Under the pieces are notes generated by a model. That model had not been told where the DNA came from and ran no database searches. It saw nothing but the letters and a program-made list of their open reading frames with translations. Shown piece after piece: positions 24,951 to 27,089 of a stretch of DNA of 27,089 nt (position 1 is the first letter of the stretch; each line of letters begins with the position of its first letter). The position numbers were made by a program, and so were the translations under genes. This stretch comes from a virus (taxonomy: Duplodnaviria; Caudoviricetes), in IMG/VR virus record IMGVR_UViG_3300046779_001217, positions 1 to 27,089 of that record; one strand, written 5' to 3'.

Positions 24951-25514
24951 TTAACTCCCTAGGGCACTCTTGGTGCCTGCTTTATCAATTTTGCCCTTAG
25001 GCAGTTTGTATTCGCCTTCGCCGTTTTCTTTCTTACGAGCTTTAGCTGCTTTTGTTAAATCTTTTAGAAAACTCTTGTTAAAGTCAGCACCAAAATAATC
25101 TTTGTGATTTACTTTGTCTCCGTCTTTATATTGAGTATCGTCTAACAGTGCTTCACCACTAGGTTCTAGACTGAAAAGATCTTGTTCGATTTCACCTGGT
25201 TCATCGCTTCCACGAACACGGAAACATTCTTCACGTAGACCAGTTTCTTTTAACTTAACAGCAAGCTCAGGCGAAGTGATTGGATATTCGCAAACCACTT
25301 CAAACACATGTACTTCGCTGTTAGATTCTGTTGGAAAATCTAAAGGAGATTTTTGAATAGGCGTTTTAGATAGTTTTTCAAAAGTAATAACTTTGCAAAC
25401 TTCTAATCTAGTCTTAAGATCTTCTTGGAATTTTTCTGGTAACTCGCCTGCAACTTTAATCTTAAAGCTGTAGACTTTTTTGCTCTCGGCAAGATATTCT
25501 TTGAAAGTTTTCAT
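24951..25514 (-). CDS. Hypothetical protein with T4-type capsid-targeting N-terminus, 187 aa
   Basis: N-terminal MKTFKEYLAE resembles the T4 internal-protein targeting peptide MKTYQEFIAE. Confidence 0.7.
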   Translation of the reverse strand: MKTFKEYLAESKKVYSFKIKVAGELPEKFQEDLKTRLEVCKVITFEKLSKTPIQKSPLDFPTESNSEVHVFEVVCEYPITSPELAVKLKETGLREECFRVRGSDEPGEIEQDLFSLEPSGEALLDDTQYKDGDKVNHKDYFGADFNKSFLKDLTKAAKARKKENGEGEYKLPKGKIDKAGTKSALGS

Positions 25515-25519
25515 AGTAA

Positions 25520-25525
25520 TATTTA
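25520..25525 (-). promoter_or_regulatory. Late-type TAAATA box 5 nt before ATG 25514; its TAA is also the upstream stop codon
   Basis: Minus strand reads TAAATA-ttact-ATG. Confidence 0.6.
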
Positions 25526-26008
25526 GTCCTTTTGACCCAATTTTTTCAGCAACTCGTTTCGGTCAGTAATGATATACCCTTGCCCATTGATTATATCATT
25601 TGGATCATCTCCGCCTGCATCTTTATCAATTTTGTACTTTTTCATTTGAAGATCGATAGCTTTTAACTTCTTTTCAATCTTATTAGTTTTAGCAGTAATA
25701 GCGTGTCCTAGCATTGAGCTAGCAACTTCGAAAATTCGACTACTGTATCGAACTTCTACGTTCATACCAAGATCCATTAGATCGTCGTAGGCTTTTTCAG
25801 CTTTACTAGCAAGAGAATCAAGCTCTTGATCGTCGAGTTGATCAAGCTCTTTTATTTGAGGTAACCCTCTAGTAATCTCTGCAACAGCTTCGTAACTTTT
25901 ATCCAAAGAGTTTACTTCTTCATGTAGTGGTTTTTCAACTACAGGATGTTCAACAACTTCGGGCTCGCTGCTGTCTAGATTAAATAGTTCTTCTAGTTTT
26001 TTGGTCAT
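25523..26008 (-). CDS. Probable terminase small subunit (T4 gp16-like)
   Basis: 161 aa. The central helical hairpin KAYDDLMDLG...SRIFEVASSML and the C-terminal DRNELLKKL parallel the gp16-family PRAYEV and STxEL segments. It lies near terL. Alignment is by eye only. Confidence 0.55.
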   Translation of the reverse strand: MTKKLEELFNLDSSEPEVVEHPVVEKPLHEEVNSLDKSYEAVAEITRGLPQIKELDQLDDQELDSLASKAEKAYDDLMDLGMNVEVRYSSRIFEVASSMLGHAITAKTNKIEKKLKAIDLQMKKYKIDKDAGGDDPNDIINGQGYIITDRNELLKKLGQKD

Positions 26009-26012
26009 ACTT

Positions 26013-26018
26013 TACTTA
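26013..26018 (-). promoter_or_regulatory. Variant late-type box TAAGTA 4 nt before ATG 26008
   Basis: Minus strand reads GATAAGTA-aagt-ATG. It has one mismatch to TAAATA and the same spacing as the other boxes. Confidence 0.45.
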
Positions 26019-26456
26019 TCTACGTTTTCCGCCTTGATGGAAAATGTCTCCTTCATTTACAATCCGGAATCGAACGCCCTGCTGCTTACACCAAGCATTG
26101 GCAGCTTCCCACTTGGCCATATTTTTAACATACTGTTCTTGATTGTATCTGCTTTTACCTACAGCTTCTAACTTTGTTTGACTCTCTGGTTTTACTTCAA
26201 CAACTTCGGCATGTCGTTTTTTATCTTTATCTATATAAACTATAAAGAAATCAGGAACATAGATTGTGCTTCTACCCGATAATGGATCTCGGTAAGGTAT
26301 TTGAATACTTTCACTGGCCCATTTTTCTACACCAGGATGTTCATCAAGCATTCTCATAAAAACAAACTCCCAACTACTTCTGGCTAAAGGAGTTTTCTTT
26401 CCTACATATTTTGCAGGATTTTTCATTTCAAAACGACCCTGTGCAAACTTTGCCAT
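26016..26456 (-). CDS. Head completion nuclease (T4 gp4-like, TnsA-type PD-(D/E)xK fold)
   Basis: NPAKYVG, RSSWEFVFM, WASESIQIPY, YVPDF, VEVKPESQT and NMAKWEAA. Confidence 0.88.
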   Translation of the reverse strand: MAKFAQGRFEMKNPAKYVGKKTPLARSSWEFVFMRMLDEHPGVEKWASESIQIPYRDPLSGRSTIYVPDFFIVYIDKDKKRHAEVVEVKPESQTKLEAVGKSRYNQEQYVKNMAKWEAANAWCKQQGVRFRIVNEGDIFHQGGKRR

Positions 26457-26824
26457 TACGGTGCTATATTCCTAATCTGAGATTCTTTGTTTACAGCTAC
26501 TAGTCTAAATCCTAGTGTAGATGTTGCTGGGCGATTGTTGTTTAGAATCTCTCCAACCAATGCGCTGATCTGTAGACCTGTTAGGGTTTTTAAAGTATCA
26601 ATAATTTTAAAAACAGGAGTGCCGTCGAGCTTTGCCTGTTTTAGTAGAGATGCTGCTGTAACCACACTAGCATCTTTATCAAATCCTTTTGATTGAAAAA
26701 ATCCAACTGCTGCTTCAACTTCGTTTGCTGAAAACTCTAAAGGTATTTGGCCGTAGGTATCGAAGAACAACTTAGTAGCTGCGGCACTGTCTTGATATTC
26801 TGCTGGTGGTAAGTTAGTACTCAT
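26456..26824 (-). CDS. Hypothetical protein, 122 aa
   Basis: TAATG overlap with the gp4-like gene, in a structural-gene neighbourhood. Confidence 0.8.
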   Translation of the reverse strand: MSTNLPPAEYQDSAAATKLFFDTYGQIPLEFSANEVEAAVGFFQSKGFDKDASVVTAASLLKQAKLDGTPVFKIIDTLKTLTGLQISALVGEILNNNRPATSTLGFRLVAVNKESQIRNIAP

Positions 26825-26829
26825 GATTA

Positions 26830-27089
26830 TTATGGTGTAAGTTTTCTCTGTGTTGCAATAACAGACGAATCGTTTCCTGAGTTCTTAGGAAACACTGCGC
26901 CAACAACACCGCCGACAGTATTTACAAGACCACTTATAGATGCAGGACTACTAATGACGTTAATGATTTCGCCTTTGATCCCTTCCTTGCTTAGATTCTT
27001 AAAGTTTTTGTAAGTGTTGATAGACTTGATAGCTGTACCTAAGAAACCGCCAAGGCTGCTAAATGCAACACCGCTTGATACATCTCCGA
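26830..27089 (-). CDS. 3' end of a gene entering from the right edge, probably virion structural
   Basis: Manual translation gives an open frame of 85 codons (...GDVSSGVAFSSLGGFLGTAIKSINTYKNFKNLSKEG...ATQRKLTP) ending in tandem TAA TAA. It is absent from the ORF track because its start lies outside the window. Confidence 0.75.
   Translation of the reverse strand, partial: GDVSSGVAFSSLGGFLGTAIKSINTYKNFKNLSKEGIKGEIINVISSPASISGLVNTVGGVVGAVFPKNSGNDSSVIATQRKLTP

Noticed and set aside
26016-26456. TnsA-like endonuclease suggesting a Tn7-type transposon or homing endonuclease
   Set aside because: The motifs and context match the T4 gp4 head-completion protein. No transposase partners or terminal repeats are present.
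1017-26696. Short antisense or nested ORFs in the track (e.g. 1017..1259, 5179..5418, 6616..7043, 7911..8183, 8632..8850, 10026..10415, 10705..10977, 14358..15589, 16315..16509, 17619..19189, 20109..21927, 23886..24137, 26487..26696)
   Set aside because: They overlap well-supported genes, lack recognisable motifs or initiation signals, and look like shadow frames.
31-26832. None of the 38 called genes ends in TAG, raising the possibility of amber stop-codon reassignment
   Set aside because: All genes are intact and tightly packed under the standard code, and none needs TAG read-through. TAG is normally the rarest stop in AT-rich phages, so its absence here is weak evidence.

Overview
This window is a gene-dense fragment (38 CDS, almost all on the minus strand) of a large T4-like (myovirus-type) phage genome. 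Reading right to left in the direction of transcription, it has five blocks. (1) A head/packaging block: gp4-like head-completion nuclease, probable small terminase, a protein with a T4-type capsid-targeting N-terminus, a methyltransferase, the large terminase and a 773-aa acidic modular protein. (2) A recombination block: gp32-like SSB, UvsX/RecA and UvsY. (3) A roughly 7-kb glycan-synthesis island: a nucleotidyltransferase-cupin fusion, two GT-A glycosyltransferases and five KpsS/KpsC-like paralogs. (4) A UvsW-like helicase operon carrying a second set of sugar-modifying genes. (5) A replication block: possible clamp-loader small subunit, a C2H2-type zinc-finger protein and a 188-aa miniature DnaE that keeps all three catalytic aspartates. 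The regulatory signals are unusually clear. There are near-consensus sigma70 promoters, and T4-late-like TAAATA boxes sit 4-6 nt in front of ATG codons, which predicts leaderless mRNAs. There are also two near-identical UUCG terminators. The best candidates for new biology are the apparently late-expressed multi-glycosyltransferase system (possible virion glycosylation) and the mini-DnaE. All protein assignments come from recognising motifs by eye; no database searches were run. No rRNA, tRNA, CRISPR array or mobile element was found.
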